From NCBI RefSeq assembly GCF_009914755.1, contig NC_060928.1: a stretch of DNA of 64,000 bases, one strand, 5' to 3'. A program made the translations under genes and the position numbers. This DNA is from the human T2T-CHM13v2.0 reference genome, Homo sapiens. Positions within the stretch are counted from its first letter, which is position 1; each line of letters opens with the position of its first letter. Shown here piece by piece: positions 26,567 to 39,535 of this stretch. Below the pieces are notes generated by a model. The model was given only the letters and a program-made list of their open reading frames with translations, was not told the origin of the DNA and searched no databases.

Positions 26567-28243
26567 ATGAGAATTTGCAGTGAAGACATACTATATCATT
26601 GCAACTTGTTCCCACCTGCTTTGTTTATAAATTACCCAGACATTGAATTCTATTTCCAAATCTGCTGTCTAACTTTTAACTCTGCTTTGACTGATTAGGG
26701 AGATAAAACTAGAATCAATTAGCAAAATTGTGCTAATTTTATGGTCAGTAGTTGCAAGGAAAGCACAATGTCAGGGAATATTAACTCAATATATGTTACC
26801 TTTTAAAAATATTTACTGAGTAGGGGGATGAGCATTGAATAGTTATTTTAGGAATAGAGTTCAATAAGTACATTTTAAATAATTCCCACCAATTTTAAGT
26901 ACCTTTAAGTTCTTTTTTCTACTAAGAATTAATTATGCTAAAGATGTGAATTAGATTTTCACGATATGGATAGGTACTTTTGTTTCAATAATTTTTCTTT
27001 GTCTAATAATTTAAGGAAACTTAACATTAATTTTATCATCAGGAGGTAGAGAAAATCTGGAAAAATATGTCTATTTTTTCATAAGTGATATAATAAGTTT
27101 AATCAGGCAAAAAAAGTGAGTTAGATCATTATCATTTACTTAAGAAGTTTGAGAAGCATATACCACAATTTAAAATATTTCTTACAAATTTCACATTATC
27201 AATGTCTACTTTTGAGTATGATTTTTATAATTAATTCCGGAGTCAATGTTTCATGTTATTTTGCTTTACAGTTATTCCATATCTTTACATTAGAGTTATA
27301 CTTTAAATATTAAATGTGTTTATCAATATTTATAATCCTATGTATTTGGAAATTCTGTTTACCCTAGATAATTGTTCTCTCACATTCAATATATAAAAGT
27401 TAATTGGTTGTTCTTACAGAAGTCCTGTTAACTTATCTTCCTTTAATTTCATACCCTTCATATTTTATTACAGCAGAAGATCATTTCATTTTAACCAAAA
27501 TTTAAATAGGACCTGGGATTATATGTTAAAATCATTGTAACTTAAAGTTTAACACAGTGTTTTAATTACTTTGCCTGTTTAGTTTGCAGAATTGTACGTG
27601 TAGTTGCTTTGCTTTTTAAAGTTACAAATTAAAATTCAAAATACACTTTAGATGATACTTTGATGAAGACTGAACTCTGGAAACAGATCATGCAGGAGAT
27701 CTTCCATAACTTCTAGTCTGGAATAAATGACATTTCTTTTACTAAACTGTAGCTTTTTAGCCATTATATATGTATAATATATAATATTGTGTAACGTGTG
27801 ACTTTCATAGTAACTTGAAGAGGCCTTCTAGTCTATTGTTATTGTCAAATTGTGTTACATAAAACATGATCAAGTTAGAATCTAAAAGGAAGGGCAGAGA
27901 AAGTAAAAGTTATAATAGGAATTTTGACATTTTCATTCTTCAGTATGTGTGTGTTAGAGGAGTCTGCTGATAAATTCTGAAAAAGAGTAGGCAAAGGAAG
28001 AATTTAAAAATGTGGACAATAAAATTCCAGAGTCAGAGGAGAAAACTGTGAAAAAAGAGGTGACTAGTGTAAGTGGAAATTAAAATATGATATGTACTTA
28101 TTATTTAAAATGATTTAGGAGTAAAAAATGTTTAGACAAAGCAAGAAATATAATTATAAAACAGAAGTACATATATACTTTCTTGCTTAAAGTTATGTTA
28201 ACTTTCCTGTTCTCTGTTACATGATAGCCTACAGTGATCTCAA

Positions 28244-28575
28244 TTTTTTTCTTTTTCTTTCTTTTTTTATTTTTATTTTTTCTTTGAGGCAGGGTCTCAC
28301 TCTGTTACCCAGGTTGAAGTGCAGTGACACAATCATGGCTCACTCTCACTGCAGCCTCAACCTCCCTGGGCTCAGGTGATCCTCCCATCTCAGCCTGCCG
28401 AGTACCTGGAACTACAGGTGTTCACCACCATGCCCGGCTAATTTTTTGTATTTTTTGTAGAGACAGGGTTTCACCATGTTGCACAGGCTGGTCTCAATCT
28501 CCCTAGCTCAAGCGATCTGCCTGTCTTGGCCTCCCAAAGTGCTGGGATTAATGGCATGAGCCGCTGAGCCTGGAC
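28244..28575 (-). mobile_element. Alu (AluJb-like)
   Basis: gcagcctcaacctccctgggctcaggtgatcctcccatctcagcc; T-rich tail on the left. Confidence 0.92.
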
Positions 28576-29284
28576 TTAGTTTTTTTTATGCATGTATATT
28601 CTGCAGAACATCATGCTAGTCTGCTATGGTGGCACTATTAGGCTAATTGACTTGGTAGTCAGAAATCTCAAAGCTACTCTAGCTATTTTGGAAGAAGGGC
28701 AAGACATAAACTTTGAGCATTCAGAAATCTGTTACCTCCGCAAAACCTTAGGAATTTCATAATCTGACCCATGCTGGGACATCCTGTGTATGATTTAAAA
28801 AAATAAGTTGCTGAAACTTGCACCTTTAATAAAATGAGAGGTCTAGTGCTTGCTGAGTTATTTTGACTTGAAGTATTCATATACAGCTTTGAGTAATACT
28901 AATTCATGCCATTATTCATGAGGCTACTAATTTCTATTTAGACCCAGAGAGAGAAAGGCCTCCAGCAAATTAAGGCTGTAAAGTGTGTTGTAACCTACCA
29001 TGAAGCTTTGGCTATATGATTCAGCAGATGGATTGGTAACAGACTATTCACGGTTGGTAAGAGATGCTGTGTGGGTCTCTGGGACCACCAGTTGGAGAGT
29101 TGTAGATTACTGGAATTCCAGAGCAAGGAGGGAACTCCTTGCTTTTGGAGAAAAAGTTCTTGATCAGCTACTTGGCCATAATAGAGGTTGAGCCCCAGGC
29201 CATGGGATTCTGAACAAATAGAAGAGCTGTGTATTGTTAAAACATTAGCCAGGCAAAGTAGAAATTCATCTTATAATATGCATG

Positions 29285-29838
29285 TGCAGGGGGTCAAAAT
29301 ATGCCACCTCAAAATACGCCACCTTGGCATAAAAATAATTTTGAACTAAAGATAAATCAGAAATAACAGATGCAGAAGGAAGCCTTGTTGGAGCTTCTTC
29401 TATTTGAATGAAAGCAGAAACCTCTGAAAAATTAGAACTATCAAAATTTCTACTCCAAAGAAAGCTTTATGGCAATGAAGGAAATAGAAAGTGAGCACGA
29501 AAGCAACCTGAATAAACAACACTTATCTTCCATTACTTTCCCCACATATGTAACATTTGCCTTCCTACCATTTGCCATCTTTGAAAGCATAAAACACTTT
29601 TCCTTTGTCTTGTAGCTTCTTTAAAAATGTATTGTTCTTTTGTTAAGATACTATATAAACACAAGTTCTAATCAACCCTTTGAGTAACTCAGCATGGAGG
29701 TTCCTCCGGTGTAATGTGTACTGCACACATTAATAAGCTGTTTTTCTCTTCTTAATTTGCCTTTTGTTAATCTGATTTACAAAGTACCAGCTGAAGAATC
29801 TAAGATGGGTAAGGTAAAAATATTTTTTCTCCATGACA
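29285..29838 (+). mobile_element. ERV1 solo LTR, MER34 family
   Basis: tgcagggggtcaaaatatgccacctcaaaatacgccaccttggcataaaaataattttgaactaaag...ttttttctccatgaca. Confidence 0.8.
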
Positions 29839-30230
29839 CCATTATATGCTTATGATCAGGCCAAAGCGTGTCCAGTAGGAACAAGTAAGCTACATAATTA
29901 AACAAGTAGTCTAACTCACGTGCTTACCTCTGTTGTATTGATGCTTCATTTGCACACATTTTCTCATGTGTGATTTCCCATGAAGGAAAAAAAAAAAACA
30001 AAAGGAAAGGAAAAAAAAAATAAACAATGAGATTTACTTCTTGGTTTGTTTAATTATGATAGCCCCAAATCAAAAGCCACTGCAGTATAGCTCTAATCAG
30101 GGATAGTCTGATAGATGTCAGTTAGAGAAAATTTTCTTTCTGGACAGAGACTTGCAGTCAACTTGGTTCTATACTTTAACGCTCTGTCCTCAATGGCTAG
30201 AATACAAGGGTTTAGGAAATAGTGGGCGGT

Positions 30231-30624
30231 TGATATGGTTTGATTGTGTCCCCACAAAAATCAAAATCTCATCTTGAATTATAATTCCCCATATACCCAT
30301 AATCCCCACATGTCAAGGCAGAGACTAGGTGGAGGTAATTGAATCATGAGGTGGTTCCCTTATCATACTGTTCTCATGGTAGTGAGTGAATTCTCACAAG
30401 ATCTGATGGTTTTATAAGTGTGTGGTAGTTCCTTCTGCATTCATTCTCCTTCCTGCCGCCCTGTGAAGAAGTTACCTTGCTTCCCCTTCACCTTCTGCTA
30501 TGATTGTAAGTTTCCTGAGGCCTCCGGAGCCATGCTTATCTGTGAGTTAATTAAACCTCTTTCCTTTATAAACTACCCAGTCTCAGGTAGTATCTTTATA
30601 GCCGTGTGAGAATGGACTGATACG
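30231..30624 (+). mobile_element. THE1D-like solo LTR
   Basis: tgatatggtttgattgtgtcccc...gtgtgagaatggactgatac; TSD gcggt/gtggt (CpG decay). Confidence 0.9.
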
Positions 30625-31039
30625 GTGGTGATAGGAGTGACCCCCTCTCACCATCATTTCTTAACCCAGTTTCAAAAGGTCGGCTTCCTGTCGCCACAAG
30701 TTCAAATTCTGCTGGATTAGGGATCTTGATTTTCAGGAGTAATGACACTTCTTCTAGTGAGCTCAGAATTGTGTCTGCTAAACCTGAAACTATGATGATT
30801 ATCTGATCACTTTGAGCTTCTTGTGCTGTTAATGAATAGGTAAAGAAAGGAATTACTATACTAGTCAGGATAACTAACCTTTATTTTCATAAGATGTCTT
30901 AGTATATATGCATGCAATACTAAGCAACAGATACCTCATCATAGTCTCTCCAATTATTTTTTGGTTATACAAGGTTTATACTTTAATAGGTTCCTCAAAA
31001 AGCATTCAAGAATTGTACTCCAGGGTTTTGTTTTTCTGC

Positions 31040-32040
31040 TTGTTTGCTCTAATATTCATTATTATTTGTGTGCTTTACACTTGAAGGTAAACTGAGCTGG
31101 GTATGATATGATTTGATATAATACCTTGGTTCTCTATTTTTCTTTCCTTGCATTACTTAAACATGTCCCTATCTTGTCTTCTGTTATGAAGTATTGCCTT
31201 TAATAATTTTAATACCAAACCTGATTTTCTCCTAATTAATGATTAATTCTGTTCTATTTTGGATGTCCGAGTAGATTTACATTTTTCAAATTTGTTATTC
31301 AATATTATTTTTCTTATTTATTAGAAAATGCCCCATTATTATTTTTGTGACTGTTTAAATTTTTCATTATTTTTTAAAATTTATTACTCAATATGATTTT
31401 TGTTTCTTATTAGAAAATGCCCCTGTTTTAATTTTGTGAATAATTCTTTATTCTCCAGTATGATTCTAGTTAAATAGTTCATATTACGTGTAGTCTTTTT
31501 TATTTCAAAAAAATTCCTTTACATTTATTTGTTTTTCTGTTTATCTGTTCATTTATCAATCTATCATCAATTTATCTTTTTTCATTGCTTTGGTTTACTT
31601 TTTTGGCATCTCCAATAATAGGTATGTTGAATCTCCTGTATCTGTTTTCTATATTTCCTTTTTCCATCAAATTTGTTTCCTATTTTAATTTCTGTTTAAT
31701 TAATATGTTATTCAACTTTCTGTTCTCTAGTTTGGTTATCATAATTTTTGTGATGTTTACTGTAGTAGTATGTAGTTAAGACTTTGTTTCTGAGATTTTT
31801 TTTTCCTTGGATTCTCTCAATTATCTATTCATACTCTCTCATTGTTCAGTCACAACATTTTTAACTTTGGTATTTTCAGTTGCTGTTTTGTCATGACTTT
31901 TAACAGTTTTTAATAATGCCTTTTAGCTCATTTTATAATGTTAGCATGTAATCTCATCTGTTGTGTTATCATTTTTCTTTTTTTTATTTTTCAGTACATG
32001 TGATATTTAGTTTTGTATCTTTTATTAATTATTCTATATG
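31040..32040 (-). mobile_element. Very old L1-like relic (L1ME/HAL1, ORF1 region)
   Basis: acttgaaggtaaactgagctgggtatga..; tctccaataataggtatgttgaatctcct. T-rich antisense pattern. Confidence 0.45.
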
Positions 32041-32090
32041 GAGTTCAATCTAAACTTTATACATCTCCTGTGTAATAATGTTTTCATATA

Positions 32091-33252
32091 CAGTCATGTA
32101 CCACATTATGATGTTTCAGTCAATGCTGGACTGCATATATGATAGTGGTCCCTCAAGATGATAATAGAGTTCAAAAATTTCTATTGCTTAGTGATGCTGT
32201 AGCCTTCCTAACATCCTAGATAACACAATATTCGCTACTCATGTTTGTGGTGATGGTGTAAAGAAGTCTACTGCACTGCCAGTCATGTAAAAGCATTGGA
32301 CATACAATTATGTATAGTACATATTACTTGAAAATGATATATGGTGTATGTATTCACTATACTGTACTTTGTATTGTTATTTTAAAGTGGACTCCTTCTA
32401 CTTATTGAAAAAAATGTTAAGTATCAAACAGCCTCAGGCGGGTCCTTCTGGAGGTATTTCAGAAGTAGGCATTGTATTCCTAGGAGATGACAACTCCAGG
32501 TATATTTTTTTGCCCCTGAAGACCTTCCAGAGGGATAAAATGTAGAGGTGGAAGATAATGATATTGATGATCCTGAACCTGTGTAGGGCTAGGCTAATGT
32601 GTTTGTGTTTGTTTCTCGTTTTTAACAAAAAAAGAACAAAAAGGAAAAAAAATAGAAAAAATCTTATAGGATAACAGTATAAAGAAGGGAAATTATTTTG
32701 TACAGTTGTACAATATGTTTGTGCTTTAAGATTAGTGTCATTACAAGAGTAAAAAAACTATTAAAAATTAAAAGTTTAAAAAGTAAAAAAAGACACAGTA
32801 ATCCAAGTTTATTGTATTTCTGAAGAAATAAGTTTTAGAAACTAATTTGGTGTAGCCTATGTGTACAGTATTTATAAAGTCCACAGTAGTGCACAGTAAT
32901 GTCCTTGGCCTTCACATTCACTCACTAATCACTTACCCAGCACAACTTCTAGTCCTTCCTAAGAGCTCCATTCATGGAAAGCGCTTTATTGAGATGTACT
33001 ATTTTTTATCTTTTACACTGTATTTTTACTATGCCTTTTTTATGTTTTGGTATGTTAGATACACAAATACTTACCATCGTGTTATAATTGCCTACAGCAT
33101 TTAGTGCAGTAATATCCTGTACAGGTTTGTATCCTAAGAGCAATAGCCTATCTCTTAAGCCTAGGTGTGTTATATATGATGTTTTTGCTACAGTTAAATT
33201 GCATAAAAATGCATTTTTCAGAGCATATCCCTGTCTTTATGATACACGACTA
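32091..33252 (+). mobile_element. Tigger3 (Tigger3b-like) TcMar DNA transposon derivative
   Basis: TA|cagtcatgtaccacattatgatgtttcagtcaatg ... gcatatccctgtctttatgatacacgacta|TA: degenerate TIRs and TA TSD. Confidence 0.88.
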
Positions 33253-35249
33253 TATTATATTTTAGAGAAAGATTCTTGTGTCAGCGCAGTTTTTGTATCT
33301 TTACTTCTTGAGGGCGGTCTATATTTACTACAAAATGTTAGGAATATTAGGGCTCTAAATATAGCTGTTTCCATAGAGCTGAGATCAGACTTCTTTAGAC
33401 CTCTTATTTCCAGATGCTAAAACTCATTTTCTCTATTCTCGGTGTTTCCAGCCTGCTTAATTTCAAAAACACTCTGGGCAGTTTTCCTCAAGTTAGTACT
33501 TCATCCACTTAGAACAGAGTACAATGCTAGAAGTCTCAGACCTGTGGCTGAGTGACACGGCATAGCTGTGTGTGGTTTCATCTATGCATTTTCTCATTAT
33601 TTTATGGAACATAAATTATTATTTTTACATTAGATGTGTTCATTTGAATAACTGACAAAGCACAATTTATGTAGTTATATATTAAACAAATTTTTAAAAT
33701 TTAGATATTAAGCAAAAATATTTTTCACTGTCATGTTTTTTACCAAGTAAAACAATTTGTTTTTTATTAATGTGCTAGTCTTGCAAGAAACTTATTGTTT
33801 GTAATTTGTCCTACCAACCATATTCAGGGTGCAGTAGAGATAGTTTATTACCTGGTTTTATTGAAGATTTCCTCATGATTTTTAATTTTCCCAACTATGC
33901 TTTACTAATTCATTTGTTTTCATAATGGAATCACTTTTAAATAACCATTACAATTTTGTCAGAAATTGAACTACTTAAAAATGTCTAAATAAATATTTTT
34001 TAAAGAAAAGTAACTTTGTTAGGTGTAATGATGTTTTATTCTGATGTGTAACCCTGATCATAAATTTAGAAACTTGAAAGCAAGAGATCTATAGTTCTAC
34101 TTGTGACTTGTGAACCACTTTGTTTTGTTAAACTTGCTTTGAAGATAACGAGAAGACACTATGATTTCTATATGATAAAGTTAAAACTCCATCTTAGCCA
34201 GGAGAAACCAAGAGATTTAACAGAATGTCTAACATTGTTACACTTTTATACCCTTTCTGGAGTATGCAGTACTTTTGTATTTAATCAGCATAACATATGT
34301 AGTGTCCATTTTATTTGTTTTAGTCTATAAATGGTTTATTCAATTGTATAAAAATAAACATTTAAGTTCCTAAAGTGTACAATTAAATTAAGAATTCCAT
34401 ATTGAGTGATTTAGTTATATCTCACATAAATTAAACTTGTCTCTTGAAGTATAAAAGATTTTTGAGTAACTTCTTGCTGCCACTCTCATGCTGGTCTGAG
34501 GTACACTCTCTTGTAAAATATATTCCCCAAACCTGGATGTCTCTTCCCTAATTGCTTTTAACTACAGCTGGTAGAAATTTGGAGTTCTGGAAAATCTTTA
34601 CCACAATAAAAGAGGAATATCAAAGTCTAAATAAACTAAGAAAATAACATTTATTTCCCAAGTTACAAGGTCTTTTCTGTCCTATTCTACTTTCACTAGA
34701 TGACTGTGATAGCCAAATCTCCTTTGTTAAATTGTTAACCCAAGAATCTAAGACCTCTCCCTACACCCTGCTTTCCTAGACCTAGTTTCCCATATGAGGA
34801 CAAATATATTTTCTAGGTGACTGATAGTTTTCAAAGAGACATCCAGCTCAAGGAGAAAACTCATCTGCTCACATGCAAGACTGGCATATTAAACTGCTTT
34901 CCAAAAACCTTACAATCATACCATATGCAATACTAACACATATCATAGAGCTTATTCCATTATAGGACTAGAGGTATCTGACTTAGTTCAGCATTTGTGG
35001 CTAAATTACAATTTTTATTTTATTTAGACTCATCTGTAGCTTTTATACACAAAACTCAATACAATGTGGTTTCCAAAAAGATAATTTTACTGATTTTATT
35101 GTACATGAATCACCCTGTGAACATTTTATTTATATTGGTCACAATGAATCTATTGGTATGCTGTGGAAAATCAGCTCAAATGTATTTTTGATGATAAATG
35201 GCCTATGACCCCAATTAGTCAATAAGCCATTTTAGTCTATTTTCATAAT

Positions 35250-35428
35250 TATTAACACTTAATGAGAGCCTACAATGTTCCAGGCTTTATGCTAGGTACT
35301 TTACACACATTGTTAAATTTAATCCTTACAGTCTAAGATGAGCATTATGCCCAATTACACATGAAAAAAAAAGAATTGGAGGTTAGAAAAGTGAAGCAAG
35401 CTGTCTAAGGTCATGCATCTGGTAAAAA
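35250..35428 (-). mobile_element. MIR
   Basis: acacttaatgagagcctacaatgttccagg..tttaatccttaca..ggaggttagaaaagtgaagcaagctgtctaaggtcatgcatctggtaa. Confidence 0.75.
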
Positions 35429-36169
35429 TTAGGGGTGACTATGTCTATGCAGTTGGAATAAACAATGTTTCAATTTTGTTCCCCTGACTGGAAACTTTAA
35501 GCCCATGTAGAGTTAATAACCCCACTAGAATCCATTATGTGTTGATCAATAAAAGATTTATATTATTCTTTTAGATCTCTCTGCTTTAGCTAAATTTTAC
35601 TCTTAAAATTTTTTTATTATCAGAATATTGCCACATCCAATAATTTCCTTGAATATAATGAGATTCTTATGGTGATAGTCAGCTTTCCTATTTATTTCTT
35701 AAACTTATCTGAGTTAAATGCAAATGTGCTTCCTTGAAGAAAAATGAATTTGATAAATATGTGTTGAAAATACTTGATATATAACTGATAATGTAATCTA
35801 AGACTTTTATAATTAAAACCTGAATATTTGTATTTATTTTAAAAAGGAAAAGAACATAATATATTAAAATGGTCCTTAAAACCATTTCAGATTATTAATG
35901 AAGGATTATAGAACAATTACTGAACAATTACTAGATTCTTTTAGTATACTAAACTTGGTATATATACAGATGCAATTTATTAATCATGTTAAGGTAAGAT
36001 CACCACTCAACATTTATTGGTAGATTATGAGAGCTGTATAGAAGTAGGCTTCATGAAGAATATTCAATATGAATCAGTGGTGCCTTATAGCTCATTGTTT
36101 TATTCATTTATTAAATCATGTATTTATTTTTTTTTAATTTATCGATTCCACTAAGCTAATTGTAGGTAT

Positions 36170-36615
36170 ATTTTAGGAGCAGATGCGTTAATGATAAAAA
36201 CTCTTCAAAAAGTACCTCCATACATAGTTCCATAGATTTATAAAAATGTAGTTATTTGGAAATGCTTAATATCTATTGCTAAATTATAGTGAGTTAGGTG
36301 CCCTAGGTCAGTGATGTCATATAATATATACAGGAACAATAGAAATGCTACAACATTATCTGGGGTTGACTCAACCCGAATTTGTATTAAATGTTGTATT
36401 CATACAAGCATACTTATTCAGCAATAGATTCCAGCACTGCATAAACTTGAAATGCTTAAGAGCATAAGTCTGTCCTTAAAGAACAATGTACTTCTACACA
36501 TCCAGCCATAAGAGTAGTTGTTGAACCTCTTAGCATCCACAATAACAGAAGGATTTCTTTGTCAAGTTGTGCATTGTTCAATTTACAAATAGTATTAGAT
36601 TGCAGTGCTAAGTGA
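36170..36615 (+). repeat. 446-bp direct repeat, copy 1
   Basis: Colinear with 39090-39535, no indels, about 30 mismatches by hand count. Confidence 0.95.
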
Positions 36616-37291
36616 TTGATATATTTGTGCTTCTTGGCATTGTTAAAACACAGATCCAACATCATAAGTTTAAGGGTTACCTTAAAAACGTTAGAGAAAC
36701 AATAATATATTCATCAAGAAGTGCTGGTTTACACTCTAATCAGTAGACAACTCTTTGTTGATCTTAAATGAAGAGCCACTTGACTCTGACAAAATAGTCC
36801 TTAAAACTGAAAATCTAAGTGCAATGTAATACTTTCTTCAAATCATCTGAGAAATGACATAGAAATGGTTATTGTGAGTAAGGAGAAATATGACAGCCAT
36901 TTAGTATTCTAAAGAACACTTTAAATCCTATCTGTGAATTTAGAGTAGGGAATAATAAATTGTATGTAACTTATCTAGTACAGACTAGGGCAAGCAACAA
37001 GGCCAATGGAACTGAGATTGAACATTGTCTTTTCATTTGTACCTGAATATGGGTGGAAGGATACTTATATGCCTTTTCTGCTAAATGCGTGATTAAAACA
37101 CTGCTAATGTATTATAGCCAATTTACATTTATATATTAATGTCTACATAAAAGCACTTGAAAAATTTAGGAGTACCCACATTCTAAAGGGGAAGACAAGA
37201 TCTAAACATTCTTTTTAAAAATAACTATTTCATACCATCAAAGTTGATGTTATGTTTACTAAGTTATATAATAAAATTAGTAGTTATTAAT

Positions 37292-37475
37292 AATGTAGAA
37301 TAGTAGCAAAAACTTTGATATTGCAGTGAAACAAGCTTGGTTTTGAATCACAATTTTGGTATTTCTTATGTGCAATTGGCTCCATGTGACACATTTTTTA
37401 TCTAGAAAAATAGAAAAAATAGTTATAAGATCATAATTAACATTGTTATTTTACATAAAGTGTTTAGTAGATATT
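37292..37475 (+). mobile_element. MIR fragment
   Basis: aaaactttgatattgcagtgaaacaagcttggttttgaatc...acataaagtgtttag. Confidence 0.5.
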
Positions 37476-38078
37476 AATAGTAAAAAATGTTGACACAAAA
37501 ATATCTTTGCCAAAAACCTCTTTAATAAGTATAGCTTCTTTCTTTTATGATTCAAAATAAAGAACAATTTTTCTGTAGTTTTGGACTTTAGTAAGGATGG
37601 AGTCTGTCAATATCAGTTCCTACTTTACTATTATGATTTTTTAAAATATTCAACCTCCATTCTATTGTAAGAAATGTTAATTTGCTTTCTTTCCAAAGAA
37701 AACATAGGCATTTGTATTTTATACTGGCTCATGTTGCTTTATAGAAAGAGTAATGACTTGTAGCTGAAAGGCATGGATTTAGAAGTACTCGCTATTTTTA
37801 GTTATGTGACAATGGACACATCATTTATTACTCTTTTAGACTCTTCATAGGAAATTCTGGGGAATAATATAAAATATATGTAAATGAATACACTTGGAGT
37901 TAGCATTTTGAACAAAAATTCTTCTTGCACTAAATCTGACTTTTTCATCTTAAAAATCATCAAGATCAACTGATACCAGGTAATGTGAACTATTTTGATT
38001 AGTTTCAGTCTTCATTCTAATGAATTCTTTAAAACGTCTCCCTAATTAAAATGAATTGTTCTTATGAAACATGTACCT

Positions 38079-38591
<513 letters not shown>

Positions 38592-39089
38592 ATATACCTT
38601 TTCATCCTTACATACAAATTAGCATTGTTTCTCTCTAAAACATATTTTACCATTAGTCGTTCTGAAGTAATATACAGATATTTTTCAAGTATAAATAATG
38701 TATTACCCTAATCACATTTGAAGAGTCTTTGCCTTTATATCATACTAGTATATACACTAGCAGTATTTTATATGAATAGTTTACACTAATTGATATTATT
38801 TAGTGTCTCTGACAAGTAGTAGTTTATTTTTGCACAGGAATTATTTCAGTCCACAATTTATATAAAATGTAGTTTCTTCAAAATTAGTTATTAAGAGAAA
38901 AAATTACTGTGAATTACCACATGACAGTAGGTACTAACACAACTTTTTTTGTTTAAACCACAGTTTTTGTTCTAAATATGTTTCTGTTTACTAATACATT
39001 ATTTACAAAATGCCATTCATAGAGAAATCTCCCGATTCAATAAGACAAGTAGTAACACAGTAAATTGATTACTGTATTAAAATACAGTA

Positions 39090-39535
39090 ATTTTAGGAGC
39101 AGATGAATTAGTGATAAAAATTCTTCAAAAAATACCTCCATACACAGTTCTACAGATGTATAAAAATGTAGTTATTTGGAGATGCTTAATATCTATTGCT
39201 AAATTATAGTGAGTTAGATGCCCTAGGTCAGAGATGTCCTATAATATACACAGCAACAATAGAAATGCTACAACATTATCTGGGGTTGACTCAACCCGAA
39301 TTTGTATTAAATGTTGTATTCACATAAGCATACTTATTCAGCAATTGATTCCAGCACTGCATAAACTGGAAATGATTAAGAGCATAAGTCTGTCCTTAAA
39401 GGACAATGTACTTCTACACATCTAGCCATAAGAGTAGTTGTTGAACCTCTTAAAGTCCACAACAACAGAAGGATTTCTTTGTCACGTTGTGCATTGTTCA
39501 ATTTACAAGTAGTATTACATTGGAGTGCTAAGTGA
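39090..39535 (+). repeat. 446-bp direct repeat, copy 2
   Basis: See copy 1; offset is exactly 2920 bp. Paralogous ORFs 36456..36665(-) and 39376..39666(-) confirm the alignment. Confidence 0.95.

Larger units (their letters stand above)
28700..30895 (+). mobile_element. Ancient ERV-L internal remnant (pol tether/RNase H region, then dUTPase), interrupted by two LTRs
   Basis: tggctatatgattcagcagat..agagatgctgtgtgg..ccttgcttttggagaaaaagttcttg (pol). 30630-30895 aligns by eye to the HERV-L dUTPase segment at 3650-3900. Confidence 0.7.
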
